Shown here in pieces: positions 1 through 10,838 of a stretch of DNA of 64,000 bases. The notes below the pieces were generated by a model, which saw only the letters and a program-made list of their open reading frames with translations, was not told the origin of the DNA and searched no databases. A program made the translations under genes and the position numbers. Origin of the DNA: Salisapilia sapeloensis CBS 127946 (lineage: Eukaryota; Protista; Oomycota); the NCBI GenBank assembly GCA_023334545.1, contig JAADVB010000071.1, positions 1-64,000 on the forward strand, given 5' to 3'. The first letter of the stretch is position 1. Every line of letters begins with the position of its first letter.

Positions 1-600
1 GTAATCCAGAACGTCGTTTGCAGGTCGAAGAAGGAATGACGCTTTGCGCAAGAAGGATTTCTTTCGAACAATTTGATGCTGTTGCTTAAAGATCGACTTT
101 GTCGCGCTTCGGAACACGAGCAAAACCAATGCTTTCGCATACAGTAAGGTGACCAGTATCAAACCGATTACACTCACTACCGTGAGTTCTAGATTTGGCT
201 TTCCGATTAGCCAAAACTCTCCATCGTCATAGTTTGAAGTACCCGTCAAAATGTTGGCGGTCTCGTTCGGATAAATGTTTAGTGCGATGAGCCAAACGAC
301 CCAAAGAATAGATGTCCCGGCAAGAGCTAGAAGTGGAGGCCCATACAGTCCAAAGATACCGAAGAAAGTAAAGTTGGCTTGGCGGGTGACGACGGTCTGA
401 CTCAGTGTTTGTTGAGCGATGTTCGCGTTTGGTCCGACATTCGCCGGTAATGGTGCCACGACAGACCTTTTAATAAATGACGAATCATCTTTTAACTCTT
501 CCTCATATAATGGACTTCCTGAATCTGGTTTTTTGTTTGAGGACGATCTCCACTTTGCACTTCCTTTCGCGTTTGTAGTATTATCATCAGAACCAGACAT
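1..600 (-). CDS. Oomycete-type multi-pass transmembrane protein, 5' part; runs off the window edge and is absent from the ORF track
   Basis: Manual translation from the ATG at 600 gives 200 open codons (MSGSDDNTTNAK...GLYGPPLLALAGTSILWVVWLIALNIYPNETANILTGTSNYDDGEFWLIGKPNLELTVVSVIGLILVTLLYAKALVLL...). It has two hydrophobic helices flanking the N-x-T-A-N...D-D-G-E-F-W-L motif typical of an expanded oomycete TM family. Confidence 0.75.
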   Translation of the reverse strand, partial: MSGSDDNTTNAKGSAKWRSSSNKKPDSGSPLYEEELKDDSSFIKRSVVAPLPANVGPNANIAQQTLSQTVVTRQANFTFFGIFGLYGPPLLALAGTSILWVVWLIALNIYPNETANILTGTSNYDDGEFWLIGKPNLELTVVSVIGLILVTLLYAKALVLLVFRSATKSIFKQQHQIVRKKSFLRKASFLLRPANDVLDY

Positions 601-1931
601 TCTGAAAAGCAAAATATGATTTTTACTAGTCTTAGAGACTTACTTAAAGCATTCAGGTCGCAAAGCTAAATTCTGAATGAATAGCTGTTTCAGAAGCAAC
701 CGCAAGTTTTCCTTTAAAAAATAACTGAAGCCGAAACAACCAATTGAATTTGAGAGCTACGATGTATGGAGTTTAATCTGGGGTGATAAAATGAAGTTCG
801 AGCACCACGTAGAACTATAGGATGCCCCACGTAGACTATAAATAGACCAAAAGTAGTTTGCGTTGGATCGTTACAGGTCCTCTACTCTGCATCGGATCTC
901 ATATCCTCATACGTGTGAATCTACAGTGTACCCGAAAAAGATGTGCTTCGCTTTGTGTGGAATTGAGCACGTCCAATGCATCCATAATTAGCTTTCTAGC
1001 ATAATTCTATGTTTCAATTGAAATCGTGTCTTTCGGCTCTCAGAGTTCGATGACTTCCAGTAAATTGTCGTTTTATACACTCGTATCACATCAACTCGTG
1101 ATTTGGGAAGTGCAGAGCAGAATGAAATGATGATTAAAACCGCTCCTAGATTTACAATTTAGGCTTTATTAGAAAGTCACTTGTGGATTAATTCATAGTC
1201 GATGGTCATCTACCGAGCGAGGATCATCATACTCATGCTAAGTGCTATAGAAAACTTTTGTGAGAACCCAGCGGTCAGTCATACGATCTTTAACTCTTCC
1301 AGTGTAGATACGGTACGTGCTCTTCACAGTAAAAGCTTATCAGCCCAATAGGATAAGCGCCGACTCGACCTATAGCTTTTCATTTATAGAGCATACCTTG
1401 CTCATTGTAAACGAGTTCGACATTGGAAAGGTATATAATAGAAAGCAGAAGTAAATGCTTCAGACCAGACTGCCACAGTTTAACCCTTTAAAGTTCGTTT
1501 TACGCTCAAATTTAGTACAACTATTTAGAAATAACTAAGCGTGAGGATGAGATCATAACTTGCCTGCGTTTTCGGAAAATATGGCAAACAACGCAACGAT
1601 TTCAGACGGCTAAGGTCTACTCCTAAGTCATATCTTTTTTATAATGCCGTACTTGAGGGATGGTGTATGTCTCTCGCCTTTTGGTATGGAAGATGAGATA
1701 TTGATAAATTCTATTAGTATACGTACCGGCGGTGACAGCCCAAAGCTGTACGAGTGCTTCGTAGGCAAACGTTTTACAAAATTTCATACTCAAGTCAAAA
1801 ATTAGTGTAATACGGCGAGATAATCCTGTGTATTCAGCTTAGTCGATCTTCCATAGGGATGCTCACGATAGGCATTCAGGCACCTTGTTTAATCAGCTAT
1901 AGCCTCAACTTCTCCTGTCAGCATATTAGGG

Positions 1932-4593
1932 TCAATTAACGTAGGTGCAGCCAGCAAGTGTCATGAGCAGTCCGGGGTATTCAAACAGGAATGCTTGTAG
2001 ATCATTTTTAAAGATGTAGAATACAATCCCAGTCGAGGAACATGTCAGCGTCGTTCCATGAAAGTTGGCTGTTTGGTCTGCTGAGCCCTCTGGTGTTGGA
2101 TTTATACAACTAAGTTTATCAACATCGCCAACAAAAGAACCTCTTCCTAATGTAATTTCTTCAGCTTCCTCTGATAAAGTTGATGCGTCGAGAGGAACAA
2201 TTCTCTATCGTATAAAATTGATAACATGAGTAAACTGCGAACAAAACGCAAACTATAATCAAACTTACATTGCCAGATCCACGCGTTTTTCGTCCAATGC
2301 GTGATGCTGAAGACGGCGGTGATGACTTTACTGAGCACAACTGCTTGCTTGGGCTTTGGGATCCGGGGGTTTGAGTCAATATAAACTCTCCACTATCAAT
2401 AAGAATCGCAAATTCCCATGAATCTCCTGATTTCCATACCGTACTCCCATTTTCAATTTTCCTCTGGTCCAGTATTAGCTCCAGTGCCGTGCGTTGAGAT
2501 GATGTTAGCTTTCGAAATACGCTATTTGCTTCTAGAATATCATGTGAAAAGTTTAATCGACTTTCAGCTAGTCTATGAATGCGACCAAACGCTGTGGTGT
2601 GGCGCAGAAACCAGTTGAATGCAGACGCGTTAAACGCAAGTGCAGACACGTTGGTCACGGCAGTCATGCGATATGGTATTTTCCAATGCGGAGTAAGGAG
2701 ACTTTGTAAGTCAAAGTAATCCCCAGGTATGTAGCTTTTGGCGATTGCCAACAATGACGGTCGCTTGGCCTCCCCTCTTGTTTGGTGGTGAGCTGACATA
2801 TGTGAAGAGTGAGTTGGGATGGGTACAGCTCCGTCATCATTAGAACCTGCACTGTAGTCATGAACTAAATTAGTCTGTTCATTATCAACAGCACGGCTTG
2901 AACGGGCTTGCTCACTTTGATACACAGCCTGTGCTTCACCAAGGATAATAATATAAAAAGTATCTCCATCTTCTTCTACATCCTGAATCATACTTCCTTT
3001 CGCAAACTTCACTTTACGCGCCATTTGTAAGATTTCATAAGCATGGTTCAGTGTCAAACCTGCAAAGAGATCGATTTTTCGCACGAGGTCAAGAATTTCC
3101 AACGCACCAGCATTCTCAGGTAGACGTCCAGGAACCGTAATCGTATTATGTACACCTTCTGTAGCACCTTTTAACCCACTATCACTTGGAACGTCTTTTG
3201 CAGCAGTATGAACCACATACAACCGTTGTCGGATGGACTCGTCCAGGGCCATAAGAGTTTTTAATGGTGTATGAATAGGAGGTACCCCAGCTTCATGAAG
3301 TATAACATCACCATGCCAAGGAAAATTAAGAAGCTCATGACATCGAGAAGCGGATATCACACCATCTGAATGAAGCTGCTCAATACGTTCTGGATCATTT
3401 AGGTGATCTCCAGAGAATACTACCTTTTTATCTCCGTATGCGACTTCAAAGCCAACACAAGGGATGGAGTGTAGCGAATAAAAGAATCGAAAGTCAGCTC
3501 CTCGAATGGTTGATATCTCGTTAATGCGCACAAGACGATGGTCTAAAACCCGTTCTAGGAAAGAGGGAGCAAATCCTGAAAGGGCCGAGTACTTACGCAA
3601 AAATGATTGATAGATCGTGTGAGTAGTAATTAATGCCACGCGACCCTCTTGTAAGATTTTTTGGAACGTTCCTGCGTCATGGTCAGCATGGCAATGGGTA
3701 AGGATGACTCCATCGATCATAAGAGCGGGGATGTTATTTGCCAATAGAATAGAGGAAGAGAAAGGAGGCGGGTCGATCATAATCCCGCGATGGTTGATCC
3801 AGAGGACATAGCCAGAGGTTTTGCCCGCAGGGTCAAAGCCGTGGGAGCTACCAAGGACAGTGACACCAAACGCAGGAGGGTAGAATGTGTCTAGTGTGTA
3901 TTCAGGTTGAGGCGGGCTAGGCAGATCGACACTATCTGCAAGCGTGATCGCTTTGGGTCCATCTTGTATCGTAAACGTGCTATCTGGACCTTTTCGAATG
4001 ACCACATCGTGCTCTTCACCGTTGTCTGCATTTGCTGCTGTAATATGCGCTTCTCCTTTTTCATCAAAATGTGTAAAATTTAAGAGCATGTTGATTGTCA
4101 TGAGAGTATCACCAAACTTGCGAAAATATTTGAGCTCTTTATCCAAGTCTGGAATGTCTGACGCTGGAGTTGCGTGAGGATAGTCACATGTAAGGTCAAG
4201 TTCAACCGGTCCAAAGAGAGTTTCTTGAAAGACCTGTCGAATGCGCCGTTCGACGTCTTCGGAAGCAACAATGAGATTTATGCTCTGTCGCTTAAAGAAA
4301 AAGTTACAGTAGGCTGGAAACTCAAATTCAGCGACGTTTACACCCATGTTTGCACCCAGACTCTTCGTAAACGGTTCAGACGGCACAATAAAATGACGAG
4401 GGACTGGTAGTCCAAGTTTCATCGAGTCTTTGATAGTTTCTGGGGGCATGCCAAGTTGGACGGGACCGACGGATGTTGAGACCAACACACCTCCTCGAGG
4501 CAGTTTAATGGACTCCAACGTCCCTCCTGGAGGTTTCGACTCCAGCTTAGCAGGAGAAGGAGAATGCATGATACAATTACGAATCCTGCACAC
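1932..4593 (-). CDS. Metallo-beta-lactamase-fold hydrolase with two C-terminal cyclic-nucleotide-binding domains (2 exons; intron 2205-2268)
   Basis: MBL motifs GSSHGFDP, THCHADHDAG, HSIP, FSGDH, HEAG..IHT. CNB-like segments LFAGL...GDTFYIIILGE...GDYF and VFRKL...WKSGD. Splicing GTAAGT..TAG (2268-2205) continues in frame to RIVPLD...GSFVGDVD...FLFEYPGLLMTLAGCTYVN-TGA at 1932. The start codon is uncertain (4593 or the next Met). Confidence 0.85.
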
Positions 4594-5385
4594 TTCAGTT
4601 TAGGGATGCTGTTTTTGCTTATAAACTTTTGTCGAAGATTAGGAAGCACACGTTGCGAGGGTTGACAATAGAATTCTCCCTTCACTAATATGGCCTTATC
4701 CGTTTCAACGAATCGCCAATTCATATATCGCGCATCCAGGCAGGAGTTTCAATTCCGTACCTTCATGCATTCGGTACATAGCATATCACCGTTTATAAAC
4801 GCACTTCTAATCATCAATGTTTATAAATAAAATAGGACTCAGAGGTGCAAAACTTTCATTGTGGCTTTACTCATGCTGAGTTCTACCCAACTCTGCTTGT
4901 CCATAGATAGAATTAAAGTGAGAGTAGCGACTATGCAAGCGGAAGGTTTACGATTTTCGCGATACGAAACACAAAAATGAGCAGTTGAAATTGTCCTGGA
5001 AACTTCGTGCGCCCAAGTTTCCACTGGAGTTTAGTGGTATATGAAAAATCTCTGACAGCTCGCCAAAAGGCTGCTTGACGGCAAGTGCCAAGGTCTGGTT
5101 CAATTTTATGGCTATACTTGTCCAAAATCTTATATGTGAACTAACGAGGCTTCGTGTTGTAGAAAGCCAACCTGGAATTTAACCCTTCATAGTACTCTCA
5201 GGCAAGGTCTAAGTTACCACATGTGAGCAAAAATGTAAATTAAAGGACAAATGCATAATTTATGACCGCAGACATAGACAACTCGTCGATTTTGTAACTG
5301 CACTTAGCTACTCCCACTAGTGCGGTTAGAAAAAGATTTACGCATAGAGGCTACGGTCGAGTTTGTGCTCATCTTCGCTCGAATA

Positions 5386-6496
5386 TCATCGCTTCTCAGC
5401 GCTTCTCAGTGCCTTGGCATCCATCCGCACCGCTTCATACAGACAAGGAAAGCACAAGAACACGTTCAGCTTGCTCATTACATTGTCTCGAGTGATCTCG
5501 TACATGCGCTTCACTTGGCAATCGTAACAGAGCAGATGGTAGCAAAGTCGACAGAACTTAGCGTTTGATAGTAGCTTGGAGTCACAGACGGCACAGCTTT
5601 GATTGTTAGTTACCGTATACCGCTCCTCCTTGCTGCGTACATGCACCAGCCATGTCAGTTTTTCATGATTCCGCGTTTGACATGCCGGGATGCTGTGTTC
5701 GCTATCACTTTTCCATACGCATTCAGTACAATAGGACGGACAATCTTTTCCAATGAATTTGCGAGCCCTCGACTGAATGTTTCCAAAACACCGTCACTCT
5801 CTTGTCGCGCCATGTAACACAAGGCAATGTTACTCCAAGAAGCTCCTTCAAGATATGATGTTTCGGGAAAGCTGACGCTGTGCGCGAGTAAGAACCCGAC
5901 CCTTTCGCCACTTCGAAGTGTTCGGAAGCCTGTCAAGTCCATGTAGACAAAGCACAGATCTTTGGCAACTTAATTGACTTAACCATCAAAGTCATTTTCC
6001 GATACTTGACGACGAATGTGTCGTAAGGATCCTCCGGTGTCGGTGGCTTGATCGTTGATAAGATGCATTTCTTCTTGGCACTGTCCTCGACGTATGCCGT
6101 CTTCAACCGGAAGCCCTCAAATGTACTCGCTTTTACTCCATTTATGAAATCCTCTAGAGTACCATCGATCGTACCGACGCCTCTCATGTCAATCAGACCT
6201 TCCGTTTCGTCCGCCATACCCACCTTGATACCAGACTTGTTGCTCATACCAAATAAGCTGCTCAAAAGAGTTGTATCTTGACGACGTGCGCATACGTGGA
6301 CGTTTTTATTTTGACGGACATGCTTCCATTTTGAATTATCGCTAAAATCATTGCCAGAGTTGGCGAGGTAGTCTTCGTAAGCTTCGAGGTTAATCGGGAA
6401 AAACACTTCTGCATTGTCGCGTCGTTTGGTTTTGTCCGCCTCGGACAGGTTTAACGATGGGAATGGGTTTGTAAACAGGTTATCTGAATTAGGCAT
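5386..6496 (-). pseudogene. Oomycete START-like + FYVE-type zinc-finger protein, interrupted by two single-base frameshifts (pseudogene or assembly error)
   Basis: Three consecutive ORFs (5933-6565, 5655-5942, 5386-5646) carry family motifs NPFPSLNL, WKHVRQNKNVHV, GTIDGTLED, TGFRTLRSGERVGFLLAHSV, and CAVC..CRLC..LLCYDC. Adding one A to each of two A-runs (plus-strand T runs at 5961-5963 and 5659-5663) gives a continuous 370-aa protein. I found no GT-AG intron that restores the frame. Confidence 0.75.
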
Positions 6497-7627
6497 CGCA
6501 CGCTCATGTATTGAGTAAGGAAATTGACAAAAATGAGCTTGATAGCGGCCCAAGACTGGTCTCAATGCGTTATGTTACCAATTAAAAGCATTATTCTCAT
6601 GCGCACGCCCCACAGTTTTCTCTTACATCATCCATAGTCGTGACGGCGATGTATCACTACGTATGGTTTTCGCTTTATAGAGTAGAAATGAGGCAATGCT
6701 ATTCACCCAGAATCCTCGCTGTCATTGTTGCGGCGTTATAATGCCTCCAAGTAATGCTTTTGCTTCTTTTAGCATACATAATATGGCCTCTGACCCGACC
6801 TAGGGCAGATAAGTGCTTATGTATTCCCCATTTGCTGCAGGAAGCTAAATGTAAAACCGCTGAAAACTAGTAAAGACATGTGGTGTTACCCTGACAAATG
6901 ATTCAGGCACATCCTTGTGGAAACTTGAATAGATTGTGTACGTTCCTGTAGAATCTGCCAAAGTGGAGCGTTTGCTGACGAGTGTGAAACTCTACCACAG
7001 TCGACAAGGTCTGTTTAGAGGTTGTCGCTCAAATAATAAATTTAGTCTGGAGAATGCACGCCATCTCTGAGCGACGCTATAGCGTGTCTGACTCTTTGAC
7101 GAGTACCTATGGTCATGTTAATAAGGAATGCAAAGCAATGCTCTTCTGTAGATTGAATATCGGTACTGTTTCCATGAGAGTCAATGTGGGCATGTTGGTC
7201 TATAGATTAGTTCATGTCGCTGTCAAGCACTTGCCTTTGAAGTCATGTCTGCATTGAAGCAATTAAAACTTCTGTACATGACCATTGTCTTATATGGTCG
7301 AGGTCGGACTGGTTCATTCGATCCATGGAAGCAATCAGCTTTGTAAATAAAAGTATCTTTCACAACATTTAAAATATCTTTCCAAAATTTCAGAAATAAT
7401 ACCTAATTTCAGTGTAAAAAAATATTCATAATATTTATCTTTTTAAATTGGCTATTTTTGTTAATGCCTTATATTCCGCGGAATTCGATGCCTCTTTAGA
7501 TGCACAACATACTTTCATCCAATTAAAACTTACGAAATTGAATACTAGCCAATCAAAATCCTTGAAACTTCAACTTTTTAACCACAAATATTTTTAAGCA
7601 TCTTAGCGTCCGACACAGCTGCCCGTC

Positions 7628-8911
7628 ATGGCAATCGTGGAGAGCGCTCGCTGTGCCATCAAGGCTCTCGTCTTCTACTACGCTTCCTTGGCACACTATT
7701 GGCTTCGTCCGAATGCTACATATTCGAATTGCCCATTTTTCAAGGATGACCTGCATGCCAAAACGATGGTCTACGGCATCGCTCTGCTGCTGCCACTGTG
7801 GAGTAAGCCACACTACCGCCACCCGTCTTTCCAAACAGACTTGGTCACGAACCTGCGCAATGTTGCCGTGCCAGGAACAGGCCTGCCTCTCTCGTACGTC
7901 ACTTGCTCCCGCTTCCTACTCGTTCCATTCTTGCTTGTCGCGTATCCAGTCTTGTGCATCCTCGGTGCTCTCGTTGAAAATACCGATACGCTCACTCGAT
8001 CCGCTAGTGGAAGCGTTTCTTTCGCTGACTGCATCAGTCAGTTCTTCTTTCGCTTCCGCCAGTTGCTAGTGAACCCTCAGCATTGGTTTGGTTTCTGGCG
8101 TCTCAACTGCCACGCCGTCAGTCTCCACAGTCTAATGACCAATGCTGCTGGATATACTATGGAGAACAAGTGGGATTTCCTAGTTGAATGTGAAAAGCGA
8201 GGTATTGCCATTTCACCATTCATGAAAGAACCCAAGGCACTTGTGATTAAAGACCGGAATGAAGAAGGTGGCATGGGCATTTGCCAATTTGAGAATGCGT
8301 TCAGTGGAGGGGACTGGATCATTCAAGAGAAACTAGAGAACAGCTCTTTCTTGTCCGAATTGCTACCTGAGAATGCTCCTCTATCCACCTTCCGTCTCAT
8401 CACGGCTTCTAACAAGGCCGCTGGCTCGGATGGAGGCATCAAGACGCTCAGTTGTGTCTTCCGAGCAGGCATGCGGAATGCATCCACTGATCACAAGTCA
8501 GTGATGTTTGACGTGGACATGGATACGGGCGCCATCAAGCTCGGAACGACAAATACGCACTGGTATCGCCTCGGGCTTTTCCAGTTCGACACAAACGAGC
8601 TGTCAGTCGGACACGATCTGGAGATGCATCCGGACAACAATATCCAAATGACTGGTGTGACTATCCCAGTCATGCAAGAGATGAAGGAACTGTGTGAACG
8701 CGCCCACGCAGAGCTGATGGATGACGTTCCACTATGTGGCTGGGATGTTGCGCTAACCGACGACGGTCCGATGTTGTTGGAAGTGAACATATCGTGCAAT
8801 TTCTTCCGTGGCACTTTCGATCAGGACTATTACTTCAACTACATGGATAAACTCTTCCGTCATTGTGATGCTCTCCAGAGTGAAATAGTCGTAGAGAAGA
8901 AGGAAGCTTAG
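7628..8911 (+). CDS. ATP-grasp protein of the alpha-L-glutamate-ligase-related / sugar-transfer-associated (ATPgrasp_ST-like) family, with an N-terminal hydrophobic region
   Basis: Intronless 427-aa ORF with ATP-grasp motifs LVIKDRNEEGGMGI, WIIQEKLENSSFLSEL..LSTFRLIT, IPVMQEMKELCERAH..CGWDVALTDDGPMLLEVN. The hydrophobic stretch FLLVPFLLVAYPVLCILGALV lies at about aa 96-116. Confidence 0.8.
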   Translation: MAIVESARCAIKALVFYYASLAHYWLRPNATYSNCPFFKDDLHAKTMVYGIALLLPLWSKPHYRHPSFQTDLVTNLRNVAVPGTGLPLSYVTCSRFLLVPFLLVAYPVLCILGALVENTDTLTRSASGSVSFADCISQFFFRFRQLLVNPQHWFGFWRLNCHAVSLHSLMTNAAGYTMENKWDFLVECEKRGIAISPFMKEPKALVIKDRNEEGGMGICQFENAFSGGDWIIQEKLENSSFLSELLPENAPLSTFRLITASNKAAGSDGGIKTLSCVFRAGMRNASTDHKSVMFDVDMDTGAIKLGTTNTHWYRLGLFQFDTNELSVGHDLEMHPDNNIQMTGVTIPVMQEMKELCERAHAELMDDVPLCGWDVALTDDGPMLLEVNISCNFFRGTFDQDYYFNYMDKLFRHCDALQSEIVVEKKEA

Positions 8912-9387
8912 AAAATATAAATCCAACCATTGCAACAGCATCCGAATCAGTTTTGGGACAATGTAGCGAAACGTCATAAAGTAGCATAGCATTCTTTTTG
9001 TTTATACTACATGCCTTTTCCGTCTACTACAGATCTCGACTACAAGATGGCTATATACTCAATATTACTACCTTTCTTTTGATGGCAGGAAGGAGGTGTC
9101 TGAAGCTACGACTCGCATGACACAGGCTGACGCCTGTCAAATCGCTTTACGTCATAAGTAATGTCCGAGAAGCACCAAAAGAAAGCCGTTAGTGTCCAAG
9201 ACTAGTGCTACAGCTTCAGTAGCCGCCACCACAGATTCACATCCGGCAGTCCGTCGTGGAGGGATTATAGCAGTGCAGTGTGGAAACGCCTGCAAGAACT
9301 TGTTTATCAAAGACTTTAGCGGGTCTGCATTATAGCTACTAGAACTTTACGTCCATCGTATCACATCGGATTGAACGCAACGCCAGG

Positions 9388-10838
9388 ATGTTTGCAAGGA
9401 GAGGTCGGCAAATGAGTACGCTCGCAGAGCGTGCTGCCCAGCGCGTCATTAAACGGATGAAGCCGACAATTGAGAACAACCCGAACCTGTGGCTCGGTGC
9501 TGATGCCATTGTAATATTTGCTTACTTGTGCTCTCAGTGCCACGACTTACGGCTTGCATGGAACTAGAACGAACCGACGATCTCGATTTTGGACCCAGCT
9601 CCTGGATACGCAGAGTTACTCGGTAGCAGTGCATCCAACAGTCAAGCCGATCCGTACGTACCATTGGAAGCATCCTGTCGCCTAATTATTCTCACACATG
9701 TACAGGGCAGTAGGAAACGAACCGAACGTGGCAATCAAGCATCTCCACGTGCCGTCGAATGAGCTCACGGATCCATTCTACCGTGTCCAAGAAGATCTGT
9801 CCGACATCTCATCTAGCATCCGCTCCATCCTCACTTCTGATGGCTCGGACCACCCAGTCCTGTCGGCCGTCTCGAGCTACTTTTTCGAACATGATGGCGG
9901 GAAGAAAGTGAGACCAGCGATGGTCCTACTCGTATCCAAAGCCGCCGAAGCCCATCGCAAGCAGATCGTCTCCAATGACCTTCCGTCCGAATTTTCGCCA
10001 GAGTTCGCCACAGCAGCACAGCGTCGACTAGCCGAGATCACCGAGATGATCCACACGGCGAGTCTGCTGCATGATGACGTGATTGACGAGGCAGATACTC
10101 GTCGTGGCGTGAAATCCGTGAACCGAGTCTTTGGTACCAAGCTGTCGATCTTGGCTGGAGACTTTTTACTCGCTCGATCGTCCGTCAGTCTAGCTCGCCT
10201 CCGGTCTTTAGAAACCGTAGAGCTCATGTCGACTGCGATTGAACACTTGGTAAAGGGAGAAGTGATGCAGATGAAGGACGTGGATGAAGACGGAGACATT
10301 TCGTTCTTTGAATACTACCTTCGAAAGAATTATTACAAGACCGGATCGCTCATGTCGAACAGTTGCCGAGCTGCTCTCGTCCTCGGTCATCATGATGATG
10401 CAGTCTGTGACCTCGGGTTTGCCTATGGGCGCCACATTGGTCTTGCTTTCCAGGTACGATACACGACGACCAGGAGAGGACATAACGACTGACTTTTGTC
10501 TGGAATAGTTGATCGATGATGTCTTGGACTACGAAGGCACGCAGACGGGAAAGCCGATGCTGGCGGACCTAAAGGCCGGGTTAGCGACTGCCCCGGTCAT
10601 TCTAGCCCAGGAAGAGTACCCTGTCCTTCGAAAACTTATTTCACGAAAGTTTAAGGAAGATGGTGACATTGAACAAGCGTCGGAGCTAGTGGAGAAGAGC
10701 TCTGGGCTTGAACGATCGAGGAGGTTGGCGACTGCCCAGGCAGAGTTGGCGTGTCAGGCAGCGATGCAATTCGCTCCATCAACTGCTCGGGATGCGCTCG
10801 TGCGACTTGCTCAAATTGTAGTCGAGCGATCCAAATAG
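9388..10838 (+). CDS. COQ1: Trans-polyprenyl (solanesyl/decaprenyl) diphosphate synthase for the ubiquinone side chain, spliced
   Basis: GGKKVRP, the first aspartate-rich motif LLHDDVIDEADTRRG, KTGSL, and the second motif FQ|LIDDVLDY across intron 10454-10508. A mitochondrial-type N-terminus (MFARRGRQMSTLAERAAQR) is reconstructed from the ATG at 9388; the 5' introns are less certain. Confidence 0.9.

Noticed and set aside
805-840. Short direct repeat CCACGTAGA(A)CTATA x2
   Set aside because: Only two imperfect 14-15-nt copies, with no array or spacer structure. At most it is a duplicated promoter motif.
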